Below are positions 11,801 through 25,315 of a DNA stretch of 64,000 bases, piece by piece. This stretch comes from Ostrea edulis (Eukaryota), in the NCBI RefSeq assembly GCF_947568905.1, contig NC_079164.1, positions 17,980,001-18,044,000 of the forward strand. Direction: 5' to 3'. Both the position numbers and the translations under genes were made by a program. The notes beneath the pieces were generated by a model. That model was not told the DNA's origin. It made no database searches and worked only from the letters and a program-made list of their open reading frames with translations. Position 1 is the first letter of the stretch. Each line of letters begins with the position of its first letter.

Positions 11801-14800
11801 GAGGTGATCATGGGTATCGAAGTTCCGGGGACCTACCTGTATTTGGTCAGCAGGTTGATTTCGGGATTATGTCACCCTTCGTACACTCTGTAATACTATA
11901 ACAATTTGTCATTCCAGCGGGCTTGTCTATAACATGTTGAGTAACTTTTAAGAAGAAGGGGCAGTGATATTCTTTTATTTATTTACACAGCCATTTTTGT
12001 CGTGAACTTAACGGACGGTAAGACTTTTTCTCTCCAATGGTTATCAGAATTGGAGATCTTTTTGTGACACGGGTTACTGATTGTTCTAAGGAAACTTTAA
12101 TGAACTGAAAAGAAATGTGTGACAGTTTGGTTTTGAGCTAGTTCTGTTTACTAATGGAGGACAACAAGATAACGGTGTTATTTTTAAATGAAAAACGGCA
12201 ATTTCATCGGTGAAGGAATTTCTTTATTAACATTTTTCAATGAGGGTCTTCGAATCCATTGAATTCAGCAGATGATTTAGATCCAGTGTGGACCACGGCG
12301 GGTCGTTTTATGGCTTTTTTGTCGTTTTAGAGAGCATAAGTCAACCTTTATCTTCACTCATTCTCATCGTTATGACGCTGACGACAAATGCTGTAAGTAA
12401 TATTAGTTTTGGTCTTGATACTACAATGCTTTGCAAATTAGTGTCTTGTAATTTACACTTTTATTGTATTTAGATATTGGACAAAACTATAATTTATGAT
12501 ATCATAAATTTGGCTTTGTTAAACCACTTTTTATCCCTTTCACATGAATATGTAAGGCCATCGTTTAATTTGTTTATAATGTTGGCTTTGAAAATTCAAA
12601 ATCCAGTGGTTGCCTAACGTTAAAGCGTTTTGAGAACTGACCGATATCTTGGGAAGGTAATCCTTTGACATCATATCAGTATTATGTAAGTGTTTTTCAT
12701 CTACTAATATGCAAAGTAAGTAAACCGATTAAGTAATTCTGAATTAAGACGATAATCCAATCGTACACATGCAGTATGTTTCCTCAAAAGATAAATGATA
12801 TGCATGAAAATTAATATTTTTCATTCGAAATGCTGCTTTTACGATTAGAAGTCTCGCCACTCACGCTAAGCACAAGTCGTTAACAACTTTGTCGGAAAAT
12901 AAACTTTTTTTTTTCTATTTAAGTCAGACCAAAAAAAAAAGATATTCAAGGAGTCTAATTCTTCTAATTTATACTACATAAAAGAGGAAGCGTAGTCAAA
13001 ACAAAATAAATTTTCTTTCGACCCAAGACTCAAGGATAACGAGACAACCTTTATTGAAATGAAATGCAATTAATTTGATAAGAGAGGTCACTTTGAGGGA
13101 CACTCGGGTTAAATAACCAGGTACACAACAGTGTTTTATCTCCTTTACCATTTTACTCTATTTCCGCCTCTGTATAAACAAAATTTGATACCGCATTTAA
13201 CCACCAATTTCGAATTTCCTCATATCAGAATATATTTGATTTATTGACATGCAACCAGTACCCATGATCACTGAAATCCCTACAACTTACATGTATATCT
13301 GTTAGTGTAAGTAATGCGTACACGTGTAAACAGATACCGCGTTTTGTGGGAGTGTGTATGAATGTGTTTTGATTCTCCTACATAGGTAGCTCTTGGGATC
13401 AAAGTAAGAGTTATCGTATGAATCAATGATAACGAAGATTAATTCGGCGATACAAGCATTTTGGGATGTTACATTGAACAGTGGTGTGCTACAGCACAGT
13501 GTCAGAGCCTATCCAGTAGTGCATACGGTGTGATGTACAAACAAGACCTATATACCATGTAGTATTCCAATCAGAAACACAGAGAGAGAGCTTGAAAATG
13601 ACAAACGACAAGAATTCCTGCCGAACTAAAATAATTCTACCAGGAAGACTACGTCATGCATGTCGTCTGCAAAGAGTGCACGAAAGATTATGCCAAAACA
13701 TGTTGGATTTAGATAACGAGCACCCTGGGATCTGTATTTTAGACAGTTTATAAATGTCACAAGTTCCATTATTTTGTTTATCAGTCTTCTTCATTATAGA
13801 GGAACCTTGTCACGGTCTGACCCGAGGACATGGAATACATATAAATATATATGCACTTTTCAACACGTTGGTAGCGTAGTAACGCATGTCATGTTGCCAT
13901 GTTAAATAATGATCACGACGACCTGACCCTTACTGAAAACTTTCAACGTTTGTACTGTGTGGATGTCAAATTTTACAACCTAATATCACATCATAAAAAT
14001 CACAATATTGCTAAATTGAGTCAAAATATACACACTCCCAGATCCCACGAAGGGTTTTTAGATGTATTTATGTTTGTAACAGCAGAAGAGCTACCTGCTG
14101 TTTCTGTTTATCAGTTATTTGTTTAAGGCCCGTGGGAGCAAACTTCATCAAGCTCACAACGGTATCATGCCAAATTTTAATTGAACACGTGAATGTCAAA
14201 CAGAGATTCTAAAGTTAATTTAGAACAACGAAAGTGCTTCTAAGTTTTTAATTATCACCTAAAACACCTGCACATTTATAATTGAGTATTCTAGTAGCTT
14301 TCTTCCTAGTTTCAAATAAATCAAGGAATGAAAACAATTTCATTATATTACAAGATTAGATGTTTTACGGCATGCCGTAAATCAACTATCCGTGACCATT
14401 GAAGTCGTTAAAATTAGAATAATGGGAAAATAAAACAAAAACGATTACCTAAAGCTATATTATTTTATTTCGGCAAGCATAGGATATGACAACACGTGTA
14501 AAACTATCAATATCCTCATGTCACAGGCGCTGAAGGTTGATGCGAAGATTGGATGCAAGATTATCCTTAAACGGTTTGAGAACACCTCTAAGCTTTGTTG
14601 TCATGGATACAGAAACAATTGTCACTTAGGGACATTTTCTGTGCTGTCTCGTAGAGTAATTGTCCTTTCGATTTTATGCGTTATGAAGGAATCTAATAAT
14701 GGCATACTATTGAAACTGCACTGATCGATTTTTGTCATTATGATACAATATATTTTGAACAAATGAATAAGATGAATGTAATTAATCTCTGTCATTATGT

Positions 14801-16899
14801 AAATTAGTTTGTATTTCCATGGCGGCTAATTTGGGAGCAGATAAATTCATTATAAGGAAGAAGGGAAATATTTTGAGATCTGTTCGATAATTAATTACGT
14901 GGTCTTCTTAGTTTTCCTTTCTCGTCACTCACAGCTTGAAATATGGGATTACACCTTAAATCTATCAACTTTCTACTCCAACATCCAATTAACAAGTGAT
15001 AGTTTTCCGGCTTTTTATACATCTTTCTTTAGAATCTATTGGCTTCCAATGTAAATCCGGAAATTAACGTGTCTATCCCAAAATTCGGACTAGATACGGA
15101 TCGATATCCGATTAAACCCAAGAAGACGATCCATCTTGCTTTTGTCTTGATGGTACAGCCATCCAGCACTAATTAAATTTAGGACTTAGACCTTCTTAGG
15201 ATGTTATCGATGGCATCCCAAGAGCCCAATCAGATTTGACTATGACTTGTAACTTAATCTTATCTCCGATGTCTTCTTTGAGAAATATCGACCTTTTGTA
15301 CTTCGTTGCATGTCTCAAAGAAATATTTGACTTGCAACTGCAAGCGCTGTTCAACCTGTGCCCGTTTACATGTGATGACGTTCATTCCTTGTGCTTCAGA
15401 ACAAAATCAGCACTATGTTTGTCGTTTTCGTAGTTATGTCTGCATGTTCTACACAAGAGGTTTCAGTTTCTAAATACTAGTCCGATTTAATAGATTGGTT
15501 TTGGCTTTGAAATGGAGTGCACGGTAAAACGCAATCTTTGCTTGGTCCTTTGTCTTGCGACGAACAAACAAGAGCAATTACAGATTTAGTAGACCGTAAC
15601 ATTTCATATGAATTAGTATTTTCTCAAAGTAAACTCGCACAAACATTACGTCCTTTCCTTTCTTAAATTGCATGTATGTGGTTTGATAAAAACTTACCGA
15701 ATTCCCTCAGCTTATACACTTACAGTAGTAAAAAAGATACATCACCACAATCTGAAAGCATATTGATGTCAAATGTGCATGTAGGAATTAATTGTGCTTT
15801 GTTTACCGTTCTTTGAAATACTGTTTGATGCATGATATTGAATTTTTGTAGCAAACTGAAATTTGTTTGTTAACATTTCTTCGGTAATTCTCACCATTGA
15901 TTGTTTATAATGGTTTACAAACAAAACTATCTAACAACAATCCTTTTTACCGTGAGTCAGACAATTATCAATATACAGAGTCATTATTTTACCAAGACTT
16001 TTTATCAGATGTTCTTGAAAGACATAAATGATCCACAAACGGATAGGAAGACGTGCAAGAGAAGCGGCAAATGTCTACAGGAACTTTTGATGGCGAGAAC
16101 CAAATGTATATACCGATCTGCATGCGTAATGAGCCACAAAAAAGCAAAACTCACTAAAGTTATTATAATGAACTCATTCTGATGCCAAGGTAGCTATCAA
16201 GCATGTTCATCAAAATCATCAAAAATGTCTTTTGAAGCCCAAGGTGCAAAAGATTCTTTTTCTTCAAAGTCTTATCTGTTCCTATCGACAAAGTGTGTTT
16301 ACATTCAGATGTGATTCGGCATACGCCTATCATGCCGTATGAAACTTTACATTTTTATCTTCTAAATGCTGCATTTCTTCACAAAAGTGAAATGGTCTCA
16401 AAAGAGTGATAAAATATTCTCCGGAAAACATGGAAAATTTTGGTAGCAGATAACATTCAGAACAAGTCGCATCGTATCATCCTCGTGCTGTTTTCCCCTG
16501 TCCACCCATTAAAAGAAGCAATGCTTAAACACGTACGCTCTCGAGAAATTTAGTGAATTTTGTCTGGTTTGATACAGACACCGAACTGAAAACTAGCCTG
16601 TTTCATTACAACCTGTTGACTTCATTTAACTTAACGTGCACAACATAACAAAAATAGGTTGAATACTCTTCTTTTTTTTTTCAAATGAAGTATGATTGAC
16701 TTTTGTCAAACATTTTCTTTTAATCAGATCGTCTAAACGACTGAACTGTGTTTTCAAGAATTTTGAGAATTTTTGTCGCCATGGAAACAAAATTTATAAA
16801 ATTTCGGTCTTTACACGTCTTTTGTCATTTGATATATCTATTATGCGATACATTTTTAAAACGTTTCACCTTCAATTGATTGAAGGTAGGAAGTGTTAG

Positions 16900-17790
16900 C
16901 CGCGATAAAAATCAATATGCCAGCGAACGCAGGCTCCTATGATAGGGAGATGTAGAGTCGGAGAAGGTAGCAAGTCTTTTCCAGTACACGGTATCACCGC
17001 GGGCTATTGTTTTACTGGTTTTAGTAGCAAAATACAATAAGGACTCTGTTGACGTTTGGTTGAAAGATTAGCTGTAAGACGCAAGGTTTCTTGTCCGTTT
17101 GTGAATAGACGCTTTGGAGTATGTGAATTGAATTGGAACGTAAAAATTTGGGTGTAAATGCGGCTTTTCTTATTCGATCCATGAAATACAATAATTTTTC
17201 CTTGTTTCAATTTCAAAGGACAGATTCATTTTCAGATTATAATGTTTAGGTCATCTAGTCAACCTTCGGGAATTATATGTGTAAAAGCAATTGACGTGAT
17301 GTGTGTTTGATTGTGACATAAACGAGCGTTTGTTTGCTTACGATGAATGGTGTATATATATATTTTCCGTTACGCACGTGGTAAAAACGCGAACTGCGGG
17401 GAATATGTTTAAGACTGGCAAACGCTCAGAACCCGTTAATAACTAGATAGAAGATGTTAATGTAATTACAAGGATACCGAGTTAGCAGTGTCAGATTGTT
17501 TTCTCCTGGGGAGTTTAATATTTAATAGTGTTACATTTGCATACTTTTTCAACATTGTTTCCATGTAAGAGATATGCGGATTCTTGTCAAGTGCGAAGGC
17601 AATAATTATTCGAAATAGTGACTACAGAGCGTGAGATGACACCTCCATGATTCACAAGTCCTCTTGTTGATGTTTCAAATATTACGACATCCTTGTTCCG
17701 ATTTTCGGTCACTTGAACTATGACCTCAACCTTGTTGGGAATAATATAACGTTCTCCTTGTGGAATACAATATTGTGTTGCTGGCTTCAT
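16900..17790 (-). mobile_element. Possible decayed Gypsy-like pol remnant
   Basis: ORF 17587-17790 (YIIPNKVEVIVQV...GGVISRSVVT) resembles the post-protease region of Gypsy pol. A YRVLEK-like motif near 16990 resembles the integrase C-terminus. Highly degraded. Confidence 0.3.
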
Positions 17791-19539
17791 CTTCCTAGGA
17801 CTTTAAACCCAGTCACTGACAGAGGATTTTTATTAGCGTCTCTAAATACGTTGGCTTTTGACAGCTATGGGTCTCACTGGAAAGATTGAGGTATATATTA
17901 AAACTTCCTCTTTTTAATCTAATAGTAAAATGTAACTTGATATGGTGCTTCTAAATCAAAAATAAATATCAGAGGTAAAACATATGTATATAAAGTGTTC
18001 TAAACATAATTAGAGTTGGGATAATTCTATTAAATTGTCGTACTGCAAACATGAGTATTGAATAACTGGAAACTAATTGACAAATGTATTGAGAGTTATT
18101 TGCAAAGGAAATGTCCTTAGATTATAATCATTTGTGCTCTTCTCAGCTTTTCTAGTATTCTATTCAAAACATAGCCAAAGTTACAGATTCAATTTTCTTT
18201 ATAAATTCAGCGGTTTCTTTCAGTTGTATTTTACTTGTTTTATTGGTTCTCAGTCTATGGTCTACAGAGTCAAGAGGAAAAAGAAATTAAATTTATTGAT
18301 TTCGGATGAAAAGTAATTAATTACATTGTGGTATATGATTTGAGAAATTTGCCGTTTCTATCTGCAAACAAATATTAATAGATTATTAATTCTTTTTTTC
18401 CAATATCCATTGTTTCGCGATTCAGTGCTTACTACTGTATAGTAATAAAGATTAATGGGGGTTTTGATACAGAACTTATTCTTTGTCTTTCCTTCATGTT
18501 TCGTCTATAATCTGTAGTCGTGCACAACCATAAATAATTGTTCACTTTACATTTCGGTGTCCTCCTCGATGATATTTAAGGCTCCGTACCACAATGCCTG
18601 CCTCATTACTTGTAATTTAGATAACGTTACGCCAAAGTAAAAGTCGATTGAAAAAATGATTTGGAGGCTACATCGTGTCTTTTTTGGTTAGATAGACGGG
18701 CCTGATGGAATTATGATCGATTTCGCGCTACTCGTTGTCCGCGAGGGATTATTGAAGGAAAGGTTCATCTTTGCACGGTTCCACTATCAAAAAAAAAAGT
18801 CTAACGCGGAAAAACAAGAATGTAGTTGCAAGAAAAAGATTGTCATAGAAACCAACTTAATAAGGGAGTATTAAGAGAAGGAAGTAGACTGATATCATTT
18901 ACATTAAGCATTTGCAAAAAGAAAATGTTTTAAAGTAAGAAACAAAACATGCCATAATCTAAAAAGTTTTATGATTTTTTTTAAAATGCACATTTCAGTC
19001 TTAAGTATGATGTAAATGAGGATTTATTTATCGCATAGTGTCATATTTTGGGAACGATATGCTCATCTTTCAGCTTAAATCAATGAGTTTCAGCATAAAG
19101 GGTTCTGTCGATCTCTTATCGGTCTTCTGTTTTCCGATATATTACTTAGATACACCGTCACCCCTGGCGTTTTATTGTTTTCTGATTGCCCTTTCCTCTC
19201 TCACTAGAATACATGTAACCCTGCATTGGTTCGAAATATTCAGGATTTTTACATACTAGTATATTTTAACGCATGCATCTGAACATGTTGCATCTATATT
19301 TATTTATACATTTCTGACAACTCTGACACTAAATGCATTTACACCACGACTTGTCGTCATTCTATCATAATAAAATTCCAACGAGCAGTGTTGTAGCAAT
19401 TATAACTAAACAATGAAAGCATTTTCTTAGCAATTTACTGATTCTGGGGATCTAGTCTGACACGTTGTTTTGTATGATTTGTAGTCTATCGCTTCTTCTA
19501 TAGTTCTCGACAAACAGAAGGGGGAAAAAATCGATTTTC

Positions 19540-19830
19540 AAATATTTTTGACAAGGGAGAAAACTTATATAATTGCATATAAGGTATTATTTTCAACAGG
19601 TAAACCGAACAATAGGTACACCGGTTCAGCTGTCCGGAAGTGTGTAATAACTACTCTCGGACTTGTAAAGATAAGTTGACATTCCATCAGACTCAAAATG
19701 TGTCTCAAAATACACGTATATAGCCTCGGGTGTCTGGTGTGCTTAGTCACTATAGATACTATGTCTGTTTATCTAAATATACAAGTTTCTCTGAGATCTG
19801 TAAAATCAACCAAGTAAGAAATGAGGTTCA
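19540..19830 (-). mobile_element. Possible non-LTR (L2/CR1-like) RT C-terminal remnant
   Basis: Frame-shifted fragments LSLMECQL / EPVYLLF / LLKIIPYM resemble the region after RT in invertebrate L2-type LINEs. Confidence 0.3.
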
Positions 19831-22800
19831 CATAAAAACGGAGATAAATACCACCGCATGTGCTGCTTTTTTACAATTTATAGATCATACCACGTTTTCA
19901 ATTTGCTGAACCAGTTGGAGTGATTTTGATCTTTTCGTATATACTTGTGATTAGCACGGGAATTCATCTTTATTCAAATCTTAAATTTCTGAATAAGAAT
20001 GTGGAGAAAAATATACTTGAAGTGACAAATAGTTGATAGAAGGTGTATGCACTCATATTGGCGACGAGAAAATATGAAAGTGATTTTAGAATAATCTTGT
20101 AAATCAAACTTTTGTTTTCAAATCGTTATATTGAAAAGGCGCTTCAGGAAATTGAAGTTGGGTAAGAGGTATTTTGAAGATGCATTCTATGTATAAAAAA
20201 GGAAATCATCAATATTACTAATTGTATCATATTCATTTTCACACACACATACACTTAAAATAGATTAACGTTAGAACAGGTAGGACTATTTATTACAATG
20301 GGTCACAAACCACCAGAAGGATAGAGGTTTTTTCTTTAAATCCTTGGCGACAGACATTAGTCAGACGTGTGGGGGTAGAGAAGTTTATCTGAATTCAAAA
20401 CATTTTATTTTGAATATCCAAGGCTACACCTGTACACACAGGAAATCATTCGCCTTGATAAAGTATTTGTGTTGGTCATAAAGTTCGGCAAAATCCACCT
20501 TTCTTTTAAAACTCTGTTACCATGCGAGGTGATTTGCCTTTGTGAGGAGTAAGAGAGCTTTAAAAGCTCGTGTAACCGGGTATAATGAAACGTTTCCATA
20601 ACGACACAAGTTCAATTATTGATGTTCATCCAAGCCCAAAATTCTCAACTTATGGGGCCCTGCAAGGGCTAGCTGCAATTCAATGAATTTATTGAAAAAA
20701 AAATGATTAAAAATAATGAAAATTGAGATGCGTAACAGATTATTGTGGAAATTAGATGAAGAAATCTTTTTAGATCTTTCTTTCAGGGGATCAGCATTGA
20801 CATATCTATGATAGTATATATAAAGGATGAGTCATATTCTGATCCCCAGTCCCCATTCACGTTGGACGATCTCCTGTCTGCCTCGCTCCTTAAATCTCGT
20901 GTTGATCAAGCCCCTCTCTTTCAACTTGTGATTTGGTCCCCCCCCCCCCATACTTTCTCATTTCTACCCCAGTCCAGCGTTCTTTATACGTCACTCACCT
21001 TTTACAGATCAAATTATGGATGTAATTAAGACCATGAAGGTATTTAACTTCTCTATTGCATTAGGAGTCTTTAGAGTTCAGTAACATTTGTGACCATTTT
21101 TAAACTGTTAGTTTATCGATCACCACAATTGATCTTGATGGCGGATATTTACAAAAGTTTGAGTTGTTTGAATTCCTTAGGAAGTCTCTCCTTAGTAGGG
21201 CTGTATAAGCCATTGATACTGAATTCAAAAGACTATTAAATGTGCTTGAGAAAGTGAAACAAAAAAATGAAACATGCACCAGCTGTCGACTTTGAATTGT
21301 GTTCTATGCTACTCGTAATAAGAACCACAAAAAGCTTTTTAAAATCTTCATGTCCTTCGTGTATAACTGTATCCTTACACGCTGTATATCTAACGTCTGC
21401 ACCCTCCTCAACGATTCGGAACCCCTCTCTTGTATTGTGTGACTCCAATAACGAATTTATGAAGGGTAGCGAATACTCGCCTCTCACTGGTGTCAACAAT
21501 ACCAAAAAGTCGACATCTAATTCCTCGTTTAAAAATTGTCTCATTGTTGGTATTTGTCATGATGTATCACGGGGATCAATGTACCTTACTCGTGTACCCA
21601 CAGTGAAAGGCCCAGACAGGACTGGTCTTATGTTAGTGATATAGGTGCGTTTTAAAATTGGAGGGAATTTATTAATTGAACGACGACACAGAATGATCAG
21701 TCTCTGTAACACAAGGAAAAACATCGAAAGATTTGACTTTTGTAAGAAGATGAAGGTAAACTATCTCAGACATGTTTAATGTTAAAGATTTCACGTAACT
21801 GGTTCTTTCTGTAAGTTGATGAAGGGTAACCATCATGCATGTATATGTGTGTAATACAGGTGTAAAATAACCCGGTCATCGTGTAGAATCACGACCAATC
21901 GTTCCTGTAGAATTTCAAGTTAATCGTCTCTTGGATTTTCATTTGTGTTTTCTGAAGTGATCATTGTATATAAAATATTATATATAAAATATTAGCAGAC
22001 CACCCATCTGTAAATGTTAAGAAGATCGACAGAGTTATCTCCCTCGTATCGTGGATCACGCTTGTTTTAAAAGCATGTGTAAAAACAAAACCAGATAAGA
22101 CACAAATTTATTTTCTTTGTTTTAGTTTAGAAACCGTAAGAACTCGACGGAAAAACAAACGAAATGCACACAACGATACCATCTCCAATGTCCATTAAAT
22201 AGAATAAACAATAATCTTCTGATGGGCTGATATGACCAAAAAGTTCTAAGCGCGGCTTACTACGGGAGATCACTCTAATATCCTTCGTTTGAATACAAGA
22301 GTTATCTTCTCATACACTCAGCACCATCAGCAATCGATGTTGCACAGATGTGTTTTCCAGGTGATCTGTAATTATGCCGTGATCAAGAGAGTCAGGAATA
22401 AATGTTAAGGAATATAGATTGGTAATACACGTGACAAAATCTGAGACCAGAGTATGTTTTCACCCATTGGAAAATATTCTGATGCATTGTAATCAGGTAG
22501 TCAGGTATGTCACGTGATAATGGGTCATGTAATGAGAAAAAAATAAATATTTTCTGATGTTGACAAGAGATATATGTTCAGGTTATGCATACATGATATG
22601 CACATATAGGTCTATATAGAAATAGCCATTTATGTCGCGCCGATATAAAATATTTTGACATCTGCTGTCTGGGTTATTTATATAAAGCCATAATGAGACA
22701 GTAAAAATAAATGTCAATAATTTCGAAATTGTCCTGGACTAAGTACAGTGCATTATTAGTACACCTATACAAATTAGAGAGTAAACATTTTACACAGAAT

Positions 22801-25045
22801 ATTGACAAAGCAGGAAATGAATAATAAAGATTTAAAAAGTAAATTTTAAAAAAAAATAAAAAAATGAAATCGAAGTCTAAAAACTTCACTCTTTTTTTTC
22901 TGTTCTGTAATTCCGGATCTTAAATACACTTGTTGTAAAACTCAGGTATATTGACTATATAGCTGTCGCCATCGAAATGTAAAACACAGGTGCATTGACT
23001 ACCTGTCCCCACCGATATATTTGTATACATTAACTATATTTCCCCGCAATTGTAAAATTGTTAATCGATGGATTCGTATGTCTTTTATTCTTATGATGAG
23101 AGCCTGTAAAACAACATTGTTGTAACAGATGTGCTGAATATCTTACTTGGATTAAAAATTGTGTTCATTGCCCGTTTCCCCGTGTATTCGAACTCCAGTT
23201 GTAATTGGGCTCCAGTGCCTCTTATCTTTTAAATAACGTTGCCATGGAAATTTTTTCTCTGAAATAACGAGAAAACGTCTGAATTTGTTATTTTGATTTT
23301 CTCAAAGAGGCTGGATATAAGTGTAAAAAAAATTCCTCTGTTTAGTGTTTGTTAGTTATTAGGGATCTCCGATTGATACATGCGTCAGACAAAACCTCAT
23401 TCTTTCTGGAATATTGTGCGCTGAGAATTTTGCGAAGCTATAAAACGAAAGACTGTGGTAAACAAATGATTGAATTTAAATGTGCTACATCGACTATATA
23501 TTAGAAGAAAACAAATAGACCTTTTCATATTTAAAAGTAACATCAAAAGGACAACTACATTACTCGCACATAACTGTATCCTCGGAAAGGTGAAGTTAAA
23601 TCCCAGGCCGTGTTTACTTTTTGGTTGTCATGTTTACAAATGACTAAAAATATGACTTGCCTTTTTATTTAGGAAAATTTAACTTTATCAACCCGCGCCA
23701 TTCGTCATTGTTCTCTAATCAGTTGAAATATTCACCTCAGAAATTACGAGGGAGTACCAGGGAAGAGTGTACATGCCGTTAAAGTGATACTTCAAACTTC
23801 TCAGCAGAGGGAGGAGTTTAGCGCATTCTCTGTGTGACAGCTGAAGATTACATACGTTTAACCGAATCATTGTGACATGGTGTCTACTTAAAATATATAA
23901 TAAAAACTTCCCAAGTTCTGGCGATTTTGAAAAGGTGGCATCAGTTTTCTCCTCCGCCATTTTCGATAGTTATCTCCTAGTTCTCCGGTTGCAGCGGGGT
24001 CTCAAGTGCTTGTTTCACTAACCGGAGTGCGTGTCCAATTTATACAGGGTGTTAGAGTGGATGCATGAATTTTCACTATGTTGGGATCCCGTTGTTCTAA
24101 TATAATATGTGACACGGGTGATATCTCGGATTCGGTAGGTATTCTATTTATATATAAAGGAAAATGTTCTCATCATTACCATATTCCCAGCTGAGTATAC
24201 AGTTTAGGAGAATTTGATTATTCCGCGGACTGAAGTGGCGGAATCAGGTGGTTTCTGTATCGGCTAATTCTCCTCTATTGAATTTTCTGTTTTCGGTCTC
24301 GAAGACCTTTGAAGGATGTTTTTTCATTCTTCTCTCGAGAGGAACAATAACACACTTGAAGTCAATATTGGTGATTTTTCAAAGACAATTATCTCGCGGT
24401 CCGCGCTATCGGCATCATCTGTGGTAACTAGTGCTCGTTCCCTGCAACGATATTAGTCAATATTCTTTCTAAACCAGTGTTCTGTTTCCCTGAAAATTGC
24501 AAATTAATTTGGTAAAAGTTTCCGATGTTGGAAAAAGTGGTTGTTTGGGAATTTTATATTGCTCTCCTTGATCCTGGAAGAATAAGTTTATTGAGTAAGT
24601 GTCCAACGCTTTGGGGAGTATTTTGATGAAATTGGTATTTCACACGATAGTTTGATCAGAAAAGGCTATACAAACACTTTTTTGTTGCGTCAAAATATGC
24701 TATGAATCCTCCTGTATCGAATAATTCACCTTCTTCGTTATTGCATTTATGTGAGACTGGTCGCAGATGTTTCAGGAAAATTTTATATTCACATTTTTCG
24801 TATATTGGAAATCTTTATTTTAAGCCACTTTGCGCCGATAGTTGGATAAGAAACGTCGCTGCCTGCTAATTGCGGCATTAATTTAGGAGGTTTCGAATTT
24901 CAAAGTCTTGGAAAACAGGAGAAATGTTTTTTTTATTTGTCTTCTCGATAATTATTACCAAGGTGACGAGAGGCGTTAATTATATCGATTTTCTGCAAAA
25001 CTTCTAGGAACTAGATAAATTCGAAATGACAGATAGACGAAAAGA

Positions 25046-25315
25046 TTAATTTAAGCCGTTTATACATCTGTACGATCTACGTCTGGGATCTGGTTTTTGG
25101 GCATTAATTAAGACCGGCCAGTCCACATCGATCCAGGAGGCCGAGCCTGGATGAGATATTGTATCGAACGCTTTCGGGAGAAAAAAAAAACACCACCAAG
25201 ACTTGTGTGACTCAAGACTGATTTCTTTGGAAGTCCAGGAATAGATCCCGGCGCGCACTGCGGATGAATGCCGGAACAACTGACGGAGATAATTTGCCGA
25301 TTGAAAAGTATACAA
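25046..25315 (-). mobile_element. Non-LTR retrotransposon RT remnant
   Basis: KAFDTISH corresponds to the RT motif DLSKAFDxVxH. The surrounding sequence is degenerate. Confidence 0.45.

Noticed and set aside
11300-12470. Possible RT remnant (KSYRPLS-like motif on the minus strand)
   Set aside because: Only one weak motif and no collinear RT motifs could be recovered.
23715-23960. aaaATGGCGG-started ORF MAEEKTDATF… as the first exon of a minus-strand gene
   Set aside because: Good start context, but no recognisable product and no downstream exons could be linked.
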